DNA of 64,000 nt from Veleropilina oligotropha (lineage: Eukaryota), in NCBI GenBank assembly GCA_048128005.1, contig JBEUKZ010000096.1, forward strand, positions 620,001 through 684,000. Reading direction: 5' to 3'. Positions 15,535 through 27,780 of this stretch are shown here, one piece after another. Each line of letters starts with the position of its first letter. The first letter of the stretch is position 1. The notes below the pieces were generated by a model that had not been told where the DNA came from, ran no database searches, and worked only from the letters and a program-made list of their open reading frames with translations. The position numbers and the translations under genes were made by a program.

Positions 15535-16104
15535 TTATCATGAATGAAGTTGTGGCATTTTATGATCTGGTCTTGCAGAAGTCGTAAAGGCTGCCTGGTG
15601 TAGGCAGTTTATGATGCTGATTTATTGACTCTACACGCATGTACTCAGTCCCAGTGACCAGTTCTATATATTTATAATTATCATTATTTATTTTCTCTCC
15701 TTTTTCCCACCAGCTGACTTGGACGCCATTACTGAAAATGTTTAAAGGGGCTATATCTTGTAAACGGTGCATCTTAGACATATAGTTACTATGGGGAGCT
15801 TATGGGAAGTCATGGGTAAACTTTTGAAAATGACCTTGACCTTTGACCTCAGTGACCTAATTAGCGAAAAATTGCCGAACTCGGAAAAACGCAGGGGTGG
15901 AGTGCAATGGGTAGTGGGAACGTATTTGACATCGCATTTCCAAGATGGCGGAAATCGGACGCCATTATGGAAATTGTTTCAAGGGGCTGTATCTTGTAAA
16001 CGGTGCATCTTAGACATATAGTTACAATGGGGAGCCTATGGGAAGTCATGGGTAAGCTTTCAAAAATGACCATGACCTTTGACCTCAGATGACCCAGTTA
16101 GCTG

Positions 16105-17285
16105 TAATTGACCTAATTCCATGATTTTGGGGGTAGGAAGCTGAAATTTGGTTTGCAGGTAGATATGGTGTTTATTAAGCGCCTGTACACTTTTCAGCTA
16201 GGTGGCGCCACTGGTTCGGCAGTAATTGACCTAATTCGAAGATTTTTGGGGTAGGAAGCTGAAATTTGGTTTGCAGGTAGATATGGTGTTTATTAAGCGC
16301 CTGTAAACTTTTCAGCTAAGTGGCGCCACTGGTTCGGCAGTAATTGACCTAATTCGATGATATGGCGGGTAGAAAGCTGAAATTTGGTGTGTGGGTAGAT
16401 GCTGTGTTTGCGAGTGCCTGTAATTATTATTTATTTTCTCTCCTTTTTCCCACCAGCTGACTTGGACGCCATTACTGAAAATGTTTAAAGGGGCTATATC
16501 TTGTAAACGGTGCATCTTAGACATATAGTTACTATGGGGAGCTTATGGGAAGTCATGGGTAAACTTTCGAAAATGACCTTGACCTTTGACCTCAGTGACC
16601 TAATTAGCGAAAAATTGCCGAACTCGGAAAAACGCAGGGGATGGAATGCAATGGGTAGTGGGAACGTATTTGACATCGCATTTCCAAGATGGCGGAAATC
16701 GGACGCCATTATCGAAATTGTTTCAAGGGGCTGTATCTTGTAAACGGTGCATCTTAGACATATAGTTACAATGGGGAGCCTATGGGAAGTCATGGGTAAG
16801 CTTTCAAAAATGACCATGACCTTTGACCTCAGATGACCCAGTTAGCTGTAATTGACCTAATTCCATGATTTTGGGGGTAGAAAGCTGAAATTTGGTTTGC
16901 AGGTAGATATGGTGTTTATTAAGCGCCTGTACATTTTTCCAGCTAGGTGGCGCCACTGGTTCGGCAGTAATTGACCTAATTCCATGATTTTGGGGGTAGG
17001 AAGCTGAAATTTGGTTTGCAGGTAGATATGGTGTTTATTAAGCGCCTGTACATTTTTCAGCTAGGTGGCGCCACGGGTTCGGCAGTAATTGACCTAATTC
17101 GAAGATTTTGGGGGTAGAAAGCTGAAATTTGGTTTGCAGGTAGATATGGTGTTTATTAAGCGCCTGTAAACTTTTCAGCTAAGTGGCGCCACTGGTTCGG
17201 CAGTAATTGACCTAATTCGATGATATGGCGGGTAGAAAGCTGAAATTTGGTGTGTGGGTAGATGCTGTGTTTGCGAGCGCCTGTA
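16105..17285 (+). repeat. ~119-bp tandem repeat arrays inside HINE B (also at 30590-31035 on the minus strand)
   Basis: Unit aattgacctaattc...gctaggtggcgccactggttcggcagt; the block at about 15690-16420 is duplicated at about 16425-17285. Confidence 0.85.
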
Positions 17286-18180
17286 AACTGGTCCCTGAAT
17301 TGGAGCCCTCACAGCTGCTTGCAGCTTTAATTTTAATTGATTTTGTTTGAAATTACAGGAACTTGCATCATTGATTTCGCTCTGAGTTCGCTCATGAATA
17401 TTAAATCGACCCCTCCACCAATCAATCAATGCTCCCCCACCTCTGGCCCCCACAATGTGTCACAATTACCCAGTATATACAATCAGTAGCTTTGAAAATC
17501 AAAGGAAAGGAAACGATCGATGCTTAATATCCTGTATATTTTCAACCATTAGATTCAAAGCCGGACATGTCCATATTATCGCGGGATGAAACCCAATCAC
17601 CCATGAAGGCCCGCCCTCTCCAACCAATTATGCACAACTGTGATTTATAACTTTAACTAATAATGTCAAGTCCCAACCGAGATTCGAACCCAGTCCTGTT
17701 CGTGTTAGCGGAATCAAGCCAGTGATTTTCGGAGTTTGAAACCGAAACCACACAACTGTCAGAGCAGCCAGCTGTAGTTTTGAATGTGGCCACCATGGGA
17801 TGAACTGGATAAGAGCGTGGCTCCCAAATCACTCGCCTCAAATGGACAAATTTTGACAGATAACAGTCACAGTTATCCATAACTCGCCAAGGTGGGAGGA
17901 TTTTCTAGGAGACCTCGCTTTCTTCCTGCAATATTACGGACATATCCTGGTCTAGGACCCTGAATGGATGTTAAAAACGAGACATTAAGTATCCATCACA
18001 ACCATTGACCTTCAATTGTTCTGCAAACTAGTACTCAATATTGATCACCATTAATAAATAGTATGATGGCATTGAATACAGGATGCAATTAGTCATAATT
18101 AACTGAAGACTACTGGGGCCGTAGGATGCAAGTAGTCATCGCAGGAAGTGACGGGCCACCATAATTGGTGAATGAAATGA

Positions 18181-21100
18181 CAATTTTTCAATTTTTAATA
18201 AGCACAAAACCTACATACAAGCAGATATAGCTTTGGACAAAAACAATAAAACATAACAGGTGAGAAAATAATTGTAGGCATACAAACACACAATGGTTAA
18301 GTTAATCAAATGATACTAAATGTAATGAGATTCATAGGTTTGATTTTTAAATAAATAATAATAAATTAGGTTTGCCTCATCACGAACATCTGCCCAGCAA
18401 GACCCCCCGGCCAGCGGACCCTCCCCAGACCGAGCCACGCCATGACCGCCAGGTGGTACTGCGGAACACCACCCTGATGGTCATGTCGTAACCCACCAGC
18501 CCAAAGAAGCCCACTGACCAGATCGGATGACGAGGTCCCACTGCGCAAATAATCACGTATGTAATGGGACAAACCTAATATATCGAAAAGTACATGTACT
18601 GAGTAATTCACCTGGGGAAAATATATATAAGTAAAAAATATAAACTTCCTTGACTTAATTAATGAAGTTTAAGTTCATACGGTTGTGGTCATAAATTGTT
18701 GTCTTTTGAGCATACACTCCATCACAAAGTTTAACACAAGTGTACTGACTTCAGTGTCACCATCATTACATGACATAATAAATGTAAATTGTTGGTCTTC
18801 GGTCATTGATGAAAATGTAGTGAAAGTGTCTAAAGATTGAGTTAGAGTAGCCCTTTCTTTGTCATAAAGGGAGCAGTGAATAATAAAATGTCTCTCGTCT
18901 TCCACAGATTGAGTTTTACATAGGGAGCAAATACGGTTTTCAGGGGGAGTTTTTGGTGTAGTATAACGACCAACTTCTATTTGGAGGGTATGTGCACTCA
19001 CCCGCAGTTTGGTAAATTGGGCCCTTTTTACATAACTTTTATCATTTAAAATATAGTTTTCAATGCAAAATTTATTCTTGAAAAGCCGGTATGTGCGTAG
19101 TTTAGAATGAGCTGCTGATGGATTAACAATACCGGTAGTGGAGTCTCTATTAATGTAATTAGACCAATTTAACCTAAAGTTTTCTTCCATAGTGTGTTGT
19201 AATAACGTAATTGTTCTGTGTTTATTTTTAGCTCCTTGATTGAGCCAAACAGATTCAAGGTTGAAGTCTGTCCAGATCTTCTTAATGTAACTTGCCCAAG
19301 AATTTTCATTAATTAAGGCATATGACTGCAAATATGCTTTATGCACTAACATATCTGGATCAAGGGTAAAAATTCTGAGCCAGTATTTAGCTGCAATGGA
19401 TAAAAAGGTAATTATCAATGCATATTGTCCGAGTTCACCTCTTACAGCAGCATGAGTTGTTCTTCGACTCACTCCAAGAATATATTTACAGAAACATAAT
19501 AAAACGCTTTCACCCGGGACTCTTTCACCTAATTGCATTAAGTTGTTACTAGTATCCCCTTTTAGATAGAAGGGACCCCATATTTCGCAAGAGTATGACA
19601 GGATGGGCAATATTAATGATCTGAATAATTTAAAGGCAGTTAAGACATTGTTTCTAACATTTATCACTTTAAGTTTGAAAAGGGCTTTACGGGCTTGTTC
19701 CGTAAGTCGCTCATATGCAGCATTAAATTTGCCAGATGGGGTAAATACAATTCCCAAATAACAGTAGGATTTAACTATCTCGGTCAGCGAACCTGAATAC
19801 GTAAATTGAAACGTCTTATTCAGTAGTTGTCCAGCTTTGTTGAATATAATAATTTTAGTTTTATTTAAATTGACCGTAAGGTCCCATGTTTTACAATATT
19901 CACTTAGTCTATTCAAGGCATCTTGAAGACCACAGGATGTTTCAGAAACAATAACTACATCATCAGCAAACATTAGACAGTTTAATGAAGTGTCATGCAG
20001 TTGAACTGGGTGACATGAGTCACCAAATATGTCAGGAAGGTCTCTTAGAAAGATGTTAAATAAAAGGGGGCTAAGTACGCAACCCTGCTTAACACCTACT
20101 GTTGAGGGGAATTCATTACTGAGTCCATCTTCAACTTTAACAGTATATTTTACATTCGCATACATGCTATGTATGATATCAAGGAAACTGCCACCAATAC
20201 CAGCATTTAACAGTTTATAAATTAATTTTTTGCGTGAAACAGTATCAAAAGCACATTTAAAATCTACAAAACAGCAGAAGACTCTTTTCTTTGAGATACT
20301 ATTTACATACTTGTCAATGATACATTTTAATGAGAGTATATGGTCAGAGGTACGCGAGTTTTTGCGGAATCCAATTTGGCACTTTGGGATTACATGAGTT
20401 TTATCTGTAAATTTGTAAAGTCTATTATGTAAAACCTTACAAAATAGCTTGCATAGGTTGCTTCCCACAGATATTCCCCTATAGTTTGCTGGGTTGGAGA
20501 GATCTCCCTTCTTGTGTATTGGAGTTAACATATTACACCGCCATGAGTCCGGAAAAATTCCGTAAGTTAATAAATGATTAAAAAGCTTCTGCAGAGCTGG
20601 AAGAAGTTGGCAGTGCCCAGCTTTAATCATTTCATTCAATATTTGGTCATTTCCTGCAGCTTTGCCATTTTTCAGTTGTGTAATAGCAATAGACACTTCT
20701 TTACAATCAATTTTGAAATTAAGTTCATTGAAAATTTTATCTTTATTATTAAGAATAAATGTGTCCATTGTTTTATCAAGTTCTTCATCAATAGATACTG
20801 GTACAGTATTTACAAGCGTTTTAAAATGTGAGACCCATTCGGAGCAGGAAATAGAATTACTTTTATTGTCAGTTGCGGTGTCTTTTAGATCATCGTACAG
20901 TTTCCAAAAGGCTTGTGGGTTATTAGTCTGAAGCGATTCCATTTGATCCATAATCTGTTGTTTGAACAATAATTTTTTCATAGCAACAATCTTTTTGAAC
21001 TTCTTGCGGAGAGAACGAAACTTACTAAGTAGCGCAAGATTTAATGGATCAGCATGAAGTTTTCGGCTAGTTTGCCTAAGGTCTTTTTTTACCTCGGTGC

Positions 21101-22460
21101 AGTCTTTATCAAACCAAGATTTTTTTTTAGTTTTTACTTTCTTCCTACATTTTAAGAACCGTTTCTTTCTCCCTATGTGTTTAATGCCAGATATTTCTGC
21201 GGTTTCAACAAATATGTCAGTAACCAGTCCCACAAGATCATTACCAGACTCTTCTTGGGGTACAAGTGAAAGAAAATCATCAATTTTGGATTTAACTGTA
21301 CAATTGGACAATGCATAGCAATATTTGATATCGTCACCATTGCTCCAAACAAATTTAGGGCATGGTGGGTTAGGTGTATCACTCAGTACATGATCATAAC
21401 TACTAGTTGAAATAATTACAGATAACATACAATGTATAGACAGGTGGTTCGGATCACTTACAAAAAAATAATCAATTGTACTCATAAGGTTGATCGAGGT
21501 CAACATATAATCAATGACACTTGGTTGACCTGCATAACTATAGCAAGTGCAGTGACCAGAAGAATCACCCAGGGATCGACCATTTAAAATACGTACATTT
21601 GAAGCTTTACATAATGATAGTAATTTAGAGCCATGATTGTCAACATTATGAGTATCCATATTATTTCTGGCTAGTTCTGCATCAAAAATATAGTCAGGGA
21701 TGTTGTCAGTTACAAGCGACTTGTCATTCAATATGAAATCTGGATCGTTAGATGTCCGAGCATTGAAATCTCCACATATCAAACAGTTTCCAGATTTGGA
21801 ATATGTCGCAATATCGTGTTCTAAAATTTCAAATATATCATCTCTTCTCGCTGTAAACGTTGAGCCAAGCGGACTAATATAAACTACCGCCACATATAGA
21901 TCTTTCTCTAAATTAAAGAATGATTTTAACAGTTTAAACCACATAATCTCACTGTTTGTTGGTTGTATGAACCGGACACCTTTACGTATTTCATTTTTTA
22001 CACACACAGCCATTCCCCCGTAATTACGTCTGGATGTGATCAACTTTGGTCTAAGATTTGATTCAACATGAAATCCTGGTAAGGAAAATTTATCATTAAC
22101 ACCGCAATGTGTTTCAACAAGGCATAATATGTCATATTTTGTGGTGGTTTCCTGGAAGAGATGATCCCTAGTCTTACATGATCTCTGGCCATTACTACTT
22201 GAGAACATACCATCAATATTATGATAAGCAATAGATACATTCTGATGACTAGCCATATATATTAAATGAATAAAAATACAGGGTCAGAGATAGAAACCAG
22301 CAAATTAAAAGAAATATACAAGTATATCTATATACAATAATATCTATGAATTGTTTACCCATCTGTGAAGTAAGTGTGATTATTAGTGGATTCATCACGT
22401 CAAATAAGTGCATATTAAATATGTTTTAAGTGTATTGTGCATACTTGAGCAGATAATGGA
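18181..22460 (-). mobile_element. Non-LTR retrotransposon, probably RTE-X-like; ORF2 intact, ORF1 not seen, boundaries approximate
   Basis: Contains a 1193-aa ORF. The 3' end on the minus strand reads ATTAAAAATTGAAAAATTG. Confidence 0.75.
18675..22256 (-). CDS. LINE ORF2: AP endonuclease, reverse transcriptase and C-terminal zinc knuckle (1193 aa)
   Basis: LVETH, GDFNAR, SVIDY; NYRGI, GFR, FVDF..AFD, GVKQG, FADD; CSLC...EDERHFIIHC. No internal stops. Confidence 0.96.
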   Translation of the reverse strand: MASHQNVSIAYHNIDGMFSSSNGQRSCKTRDHLFQETTTKYDILCLVETHCGVNDKFSLPGFHVESNLRPKLITSRRNYGGMAVCVKNEIRKGVRFIQPTNSEIMWFKLLKSFFNLEKDLYVAVVYISPLGSTFTARRDDIFEILEHDIATYSKSGNCLICGDFNARTSNDPDFILNDKSLVTDNIPDYIFDAELARNNMDTHNVDNHGSKLLSLCKASNVRILNGRSLGDSSGHCTCYSYAGQPSVIDYMLTSINLMSTIDYFFVSDPNHLSIHCMLSVIISTSSYDHVLSDTPNPPCPKFVWSNGDDIKYCYALSNCTVKSKIDDFLSLVPQEESGNDLVGLVTDIFVETAEISGIKHIGRKKRFLKCRKKVKTKKKSWFDKDCTEVKKDLRQTSRKLHADPLNLALLSKFRSLRKKFKKIVAMKKLLFKQQIMDQMESLQTNNPQAFWKLYDDLKDTATDNKSNSISCSEWVSHFKTLVNTVPVSIDEELDKTMDTFILNNKDKIFNELNFKIDCKEVSIAITQLKNGKAAGNDQILNEMIKAGHCQLLPALQKLFNHLLTYGIFPDSWRCNMLTPIHKKGDLSNPANYRGISVGSNLCKLFCKVLHNRLYKFTDKTHVIPKCQIGFRKNSRTSDHILSLKCIIDKYVNSISKKRVFCCFVDFKCAFDTVSRKKLIYKLLNAGIGGSFLDIIHSMYANVKYTVKVEDGLSNEFPSTVGVKQGCVLSPLLFNIFLRDLPDIFGDSCHPVQLHDTSLNCLMFADDVVIVSETSCGLQDALNRLSEYCKTWDLTVNLNKTKIIIFNKAGQLLNKTFQFTYSGSLTEIVKSYCYLGIVFTPSGKFNAAYERLTEQARKALFKLKVINVRNNVLTAFKLFRSLILPILSYSCEIWGPFYLKGDTSNNLMQLGERVPGESVLLCFCKYILGVSRRTTHAAVRGELGQYALIITFLSIAAKYWLRIFTLDPDMLVHKAYLQSYALINENSWASYIKKIWTDFNLESVWLNQGAKNKHRTITLLQHTMEENFRLNWSNYINRDSTTGIVNPSAAHSKLRTYRLFKNKFCIENYILNDKSYVKRAQFTKLRVSAHTLQIEVGRYTTPKTPPENRICSLCKTQSVEDERHFIIHCSLYDKERATLTQSLDTFTTFSSMTEDQQFTFIMSCNDGDTEVSTLVLNFVMECMLKRQQFMTTTV

Positions 22461-22727
22461 CATTGTAATATTTATGAAAATAATATCAATGGAGGTAAAG
22501 ATAATTATAGGGAGCATTTAAAATAATGAATAGGATTCGAATGGATCGATGCTTAATGGTCTGGTCAGTTACGGACAACTGTGATTGATAACAGAACAAA
22601 GAATTATATTGCCCCAACCGAAATTCGAACACACTCTTGTCTGTTAGCGCAATCGAGACTACCGGATGGTTCACATTTAAAGTAGGTAAACACCCACGAG
22701 TCAGTTTGTCACATCCATAGTACATAC

Positions 22728-24390
22728 ATAATAATAATAATAATAATAATACATTTATTTTCTATAGCGTAAAATCCACCATACGATGCTCTGAATCGCT
22801 TTACAATAAAGATATTGATTGTCTGATTAACATTAATTGAATTACAGTTCGGTATTGTTCGCTTTACTCAATGGTTCAAACATGAAAATATTCTTTGAAG
22901 AGATGACTTTTCAAAGTTGATTTGAACAGAGACAGGCTCGTGATCGATCTTATTGTCAGGGGAAGTTGGTTCCACAACTTTGGTCCAACGAAACCAAAGG
23001 CTCGATTGGCAGTAGAGGCAGATCTCGTGAAAGGGATGGCAAGAAGATCCTGGTTGGTTGATCGCAGGGACCTGTTCGTACGGTATGGTTGTAGCAGTTC
23101 TTTAATATAATGAGGGGCCATGTTATATTTTGCCTTGAAAACAAGCAACAGTACTTTAAATTTAATCCTCTGGCAAACAGGTAGCCAGTGCAGAGAGAGG
23201 AGAACGGGAGTGATGTTATCAAACTTTCGGCTTCCTGTCACAACGCGTGCTGATACATTTTGTAGCCTCTGTAGCTTTTGTATGAGGCAAGTTGGTAGGC
23301 CACAAAGAAGGGAGTTACAGTAGTCCAGCTTAGATGTTATGAAGGCATGGACTAACTGTTCCAGAGATGCACGGTCCAGATTTTTTCTAATTTTTCCGAT
23401 GTTGAAGATGTGGTAGTAGGCAGACTTGCAGACAGAGTTAATGTGTTTTTCCATTGTGGCGTTGGAATCCATGATGACTCCTATGTTCCGGACTGAGCTG
23501 CTACATGTCACCTGATGGCCTGCTATTTCCAATGATTGACAGCTAATCTGTTTTGACAGTTGTTTCGACGAAATGACAAGCACTTCCGTTTTCTCTTCGT
23601 TCATTTTGAGATGGTATTTGCGCATCCACTTGCGTACAACGCTAACACATGCTTCCATTTGCTCTAAGGTGACATTCCAATTTTTGGGTTCGAAAATGGC
23701 GTAGAGCTGTGTGTCGTCTGCGTAAAGGTGATAATTCGATTCGATCTCACGGAGGATTCGCCCAAGAGAGGCGGTGTAGATGGTGAACAGGACGGGTCCC
23801 AGGACCGATCCTTGCGGAACACCACATGTAAGTTGTTGTAAATCCGACCTCTCTGATTTGATAGTGACGCATTGTTGTCGGTTGCAGAGATAAGACCTAA
23901 ACCAGTCGAGTGCTGAGTTCCGAATGCCAAGATCGCTCATCATTAATAACAGCTGTTGGTGGTCCACCGTATCAAATGCTGCGGATAGATCGAGTAGAAC
24001 AAGAAGTACTGCTTTCTGTTGTCCCATTGCAGTAAGAATGTCATGTTGTACACGTGCAAGGGCAGTCTCTGTGCTGTGGTGTTTCCTATAAGCTGACTGC
24101 ATTGGCTCTGCGAGGTTGTTTTCGTCAAGGTACCTAGTCAGCTGAGAGGCCACAACCTTCTCTAGCACTTTAGACAGAAAAGACAAGTTCGACACAGGTC
24201 TGTAGTTGTTTAAATTTTCGCGGTCGAGAGATGGTTTCTTTATCAGCGGTGTTACTAGTGCTAGTTTGAATGCCGAGGGGAATGATCCCAGAGACAGAGA
24301 CTGGTTAATGATAACAAGGATGATTGGTAACAGTAGATGCAAACATTTCTTGAGGAGCCAGGTTGGTAACGGATCGAGATCGCAAATCAA
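22728..24390 (-). mobile_element. 5'-truncated L2/CR1-group LINE (RT and C-terminus, ORF ends at 22876)
   Basis: LDPLPTWLLK, NYRPVSNL, LDLSAAFDTVDH, GVPQGS, YADD. 3' end TGTAAAGCG...CGCTATAG, AATAAA and a (TAT)n tail. Confidence 0.92.
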
Positions 24391-25515
24391 GATATACATT
24401 GTGGATGAACATATTAAGAACATATGAATGGATCCCATGTCATTGGAAAATATTAGTATATTGCATACCAAATATATTCAAGCACGAGCAGATGATGATA
24501 ATAAAGTGATATAATAGTGGAAGTACATGTATATATGACATGCATATTATAATTATTGTTAGCCCATTTATAGGGTGCATTATGTGATACAGTATTACAC
24601 TCAAGTAGTGTAACCCAAAACAACAACATAATAACACATAATTAATAGACATAATATTATATCCTGTTATGACTCATAGTTTAAAAGCATTAAACAAAGT
24701 TGCTATCAAATACTGCTTGACACTAATGTTCTCTTGTTTGATGCAAGAGGTTCTTGACATATGGCACTTCATGACGTATAGGGTCATGTTTTACGTGTCA
24801 TTATAAAATTTAGAAACACAGATTTGAGGAGGTAAACTGACTGGCATAAAAATTTCTACAATTTAGTTAAATTCTCCATTTCAGTAAGCAGCACACATTT
24901 GTTCAAGTTATGAAGCACAGTTGTCCGTGACTGGCCGAAGAGGGCGCGTTTACCCGGCGACCGGGGTTTCCTCCTGCGATAACACGGACATGTCCTGCCT
25001 TGAACCTCGATGTTATAAATATACAGGATATTAAGCATAATTCCTCCTCCCATTTCAGTAAGTACATCTAGCTGCCGTCGTATATGATGTAGTAGGAATT
25101 GGTTGTGTCTTGTCATTCATATTTCTCTTTGCTAATGCAACTATGTTCTTTAGAAATTCACTGTTTAATATCAACAGAATATTAATTTATACAATTTTTA
25201 AAATGAAATAACCCAACTTCCATGACCATGAATTATATATTTCATGCACAAAAAAATCACATTCAGACTGTTCAGGAATACTTATTACTTTCTGTATTTT
25301 TGGACTTCTTTTGTATTTTGAGAAACTCGAAGAAAAGTTATAATACAAACGTACTGTACACCATCTATAAATAAAGTATATTATTAATGCTAGTATAGTA
25401 GAAGAGTAAATAAATATAAGACAAAAATTATGGAGAAAATGTTATCTAGTTTTGTTGCATTTATTGTATTTTCCAATGTGAACTAAAATCAACAACATAA
25501 AAATCCTTGCATGGT

Positions 25516-25926
25516 ATAGACGATTTCACTCCGAGTTCCCCCGAACACCCACGTAAATACACGGTTGTTCGCCGATATGCCGAACGTATCGACCAATCAG
25601 CGGCTGGTAGTCAAACAACATGGCGGCTCCCAGGTAGTTATGCCGTCAACTTTATGTGGCCTTAATATTGTCAATGCTGGTTTGAAGATACAATCAGAAT
25701 CACCGGATCATTTTTAGGGGGTAAAAAGTTGCATACACACCGGAATTCCCAGGAAATTATATTTACCCGCACGTGCCCCGACGTAAACAAGATGCAGACG
25801 ATGTCGCGGCCGCCATTGTTTGACTACCAGGCTCATATTGGCCCAGCAGTCACATGACTTGGCGCCATGTGACTAAAATCCCGAGCGGTTTCCGAATATT
25901 GCCGAATGTCTGGTGAAATCGTCTAT
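25516..25926. mobile_element. MITE with 14-bp terminal inverted repeats
   Basis: ATAGACGATTTCAC / GTGAAATCGTCTAT, plus an internal inverted pair ctggtagtcaaacaa / ttgtttgactaccag. Confidence 0.75.
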
Positions 25927-25962
25927 TACGTTATCTTGCTTTTGCCGCATATTCCCTCTCTT

Positions 25963-26905
25963 TAATCCATTTTGACCTACGTTTCCATTGTATTAACTGT
26001 AGAATATTTTTCACGAATCCACTGCTACAAAATCATTGTGTCTGCTTGAAATACCAATTAAACAAGCGTTATGTGCATTAATTCCATGCTATGGACGATT
26101 CCATTCCAGAAAATGAGGAAAGCATGTTTAACGCACTATATAATCCAAAGAGGTAAATTTATCTGCGGACGAGTCCATTCTAGTACACTTGGACACTGAA
26201 AAGAAAATATTAATTATTTTAACGCGTAGACAACATTTTTGCACTGACAACAAACTTCAAGCACATTAAATTGTTACCCAAATGAAGAAAATGTAATACA
26301 CGTTTAACGTTCAGAAGAATCTGGCAATACTCCATATAATGCTGTTGTTCATATGAACGATGTTCCATTGCTTTACTTTGAAACGAACACCGAGAGCTAT
26401 TTAAATATTATATCACAGAAATGTCGTTAAAATACAACATATATTTGCAATATTATACTATACCTGATGCTCTCTGCAGAGGTAAATCCCACGTGTGCTC
26501 TGGTCAAAATTCTGAAGCCAAGTGTAGCGTGCTTTGAAATGTACAACATCGTGACGGAAATATATTTCGCCGTGCATGCCGGTATAATTGCACTTAACGA
26601 GCACATTAAACGTCTATTCATAACCATGATTAAGCGGCGCCTTCAACTAATTAGGAATGGGATCCGACAGGAGTTTTGGGAGAGTAAACCCCAATTCGTA
26701 CAAAATTTCTATCGTATTGCTTTTAAATTGGCGATTTCATGTATATAATAATGTTTAAAATATAACAAATAGCTAATATTGTCAAAATGGATTAAGTAAG
26801 TTAACCCACATGGGACTGTTGATTCTTGAAAAATAATGCACTCGGGCCTGTCGGCCCTCGTGCATTAATTTTCAAGAATCAACAGTCACATGTGGGTTAA
26901 CCTAT
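25963..26905 (-). mobile_element. Non-autonomous element with a long terminal hairpin; inverted sister copy at 56775-57690
   Basis: Near-identical reverse complement of about 57030-57690; ~50-bp-arm palindrome at 26797-26902. Confidence 0.75.
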
Positions 26906-27587
26906 ACTGAACTGATTGGCTGACGTCAATTTACTAGCTCAAGACATACCCCGACCAGGCATGGTACATGGAAGCTTATACCACGGCAGATGTCATGTGG
27001 CTTGTGACATCGCTTGTCAATCAAAATGTTCTCATTGAACAACCTTGAGTAGGCATTACTGAAGCTGTCGTCTATTATAGTCAAATGTAAACATTGCAAT
27101 TTCCAATGGTTAATATAAATCAAGGTTATGATTATAAATAACAACAGTGTTATGAGCCAATTCAAGAGCTTGTTCAGTTAGATTAGCATAATATTAAAGC
27201 AAGATAAATACGTTGTCGAGCAACGTCTTGGTAAACTCTTTGCATTGAATACCTTCTAACGTTAACCAATTGGTGATTCATCTTGTGATTCAATGTCATG
27301 CGGTATTCAATGCACCGTGTTTACCGCGACGTCACTCGACAACTTATAGTGTACTCCAACAATGTTAGAGGTTGCTACTCCATTCACATGTGTAATTTAA
27401 AGCACGTCATCCCGGACTCGTATGTTATAGAAGTAGATTACATTGGTAATCTGTATAACAGCCCAAGGGAGACCACTCCGATCTTCCTAATATAATTTAA
27501 ATTTTCACCTTCTTTACATTGGTATTTTTATATAGATATCACTACTTGCTATGATGTTAACAAATATATTCCATTATTATTTAGGTC

Positions 27588-27780
27588 ATGTCTCGCTATT
27601 CCGATTATACCCGCTACTACCCAGGGAGAAGTACAAGAGTAACTTACAGCCGCTATCGTCCATCGTATCCAACCTTTACGTACTATCGCGACTACAACTC
27701 CTACGATGATCTTCTTCGGAGAATCAGGACCCTATATGAGTACGACATCGGTCGTAACGTGGGCAGTAGACGACCTGGTG
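27588..27780 (+). CDS. TGM: Transglutaminase candidate alternative first coding exon 1a (Tyr/Arg-rich leader, MSRYSDYTRYYPGR...GSRRPG)
   Basis: Acceptor ttattatttag|GTC ATG at 27584/5 and donor GGTG|gtacgt at 27781. 193 nt is phase 1; G+AA joins exon 2 in frame as Glu. Confidence 0.65.

Larger units (their letters stand above)
34..17332 (+). mobile_element. HINE family B copy 1, split by a 12-kb nested insertion (81-12261)
   Basis: 5' hairpin agggctcca...tggagccct at 36-64; body resumes at 12262; 3' end ggagccctcacagctgcttgcagctttaatt. Colinear with the uninterrupted inverted copy at 30550-33466. Confidence 0.8.

Noticed and set aside
156..17453. Many recurring 60-107 aa ORFs
   Set aside because: Chance frames within repeated non-autonomous elements; no protein motifs.
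24390..24471. Apparent N-terminus of the 531-aa RT ORF
   Set aside because: Flanking DNA read in frame past the 5' truncation point of the L2 element.
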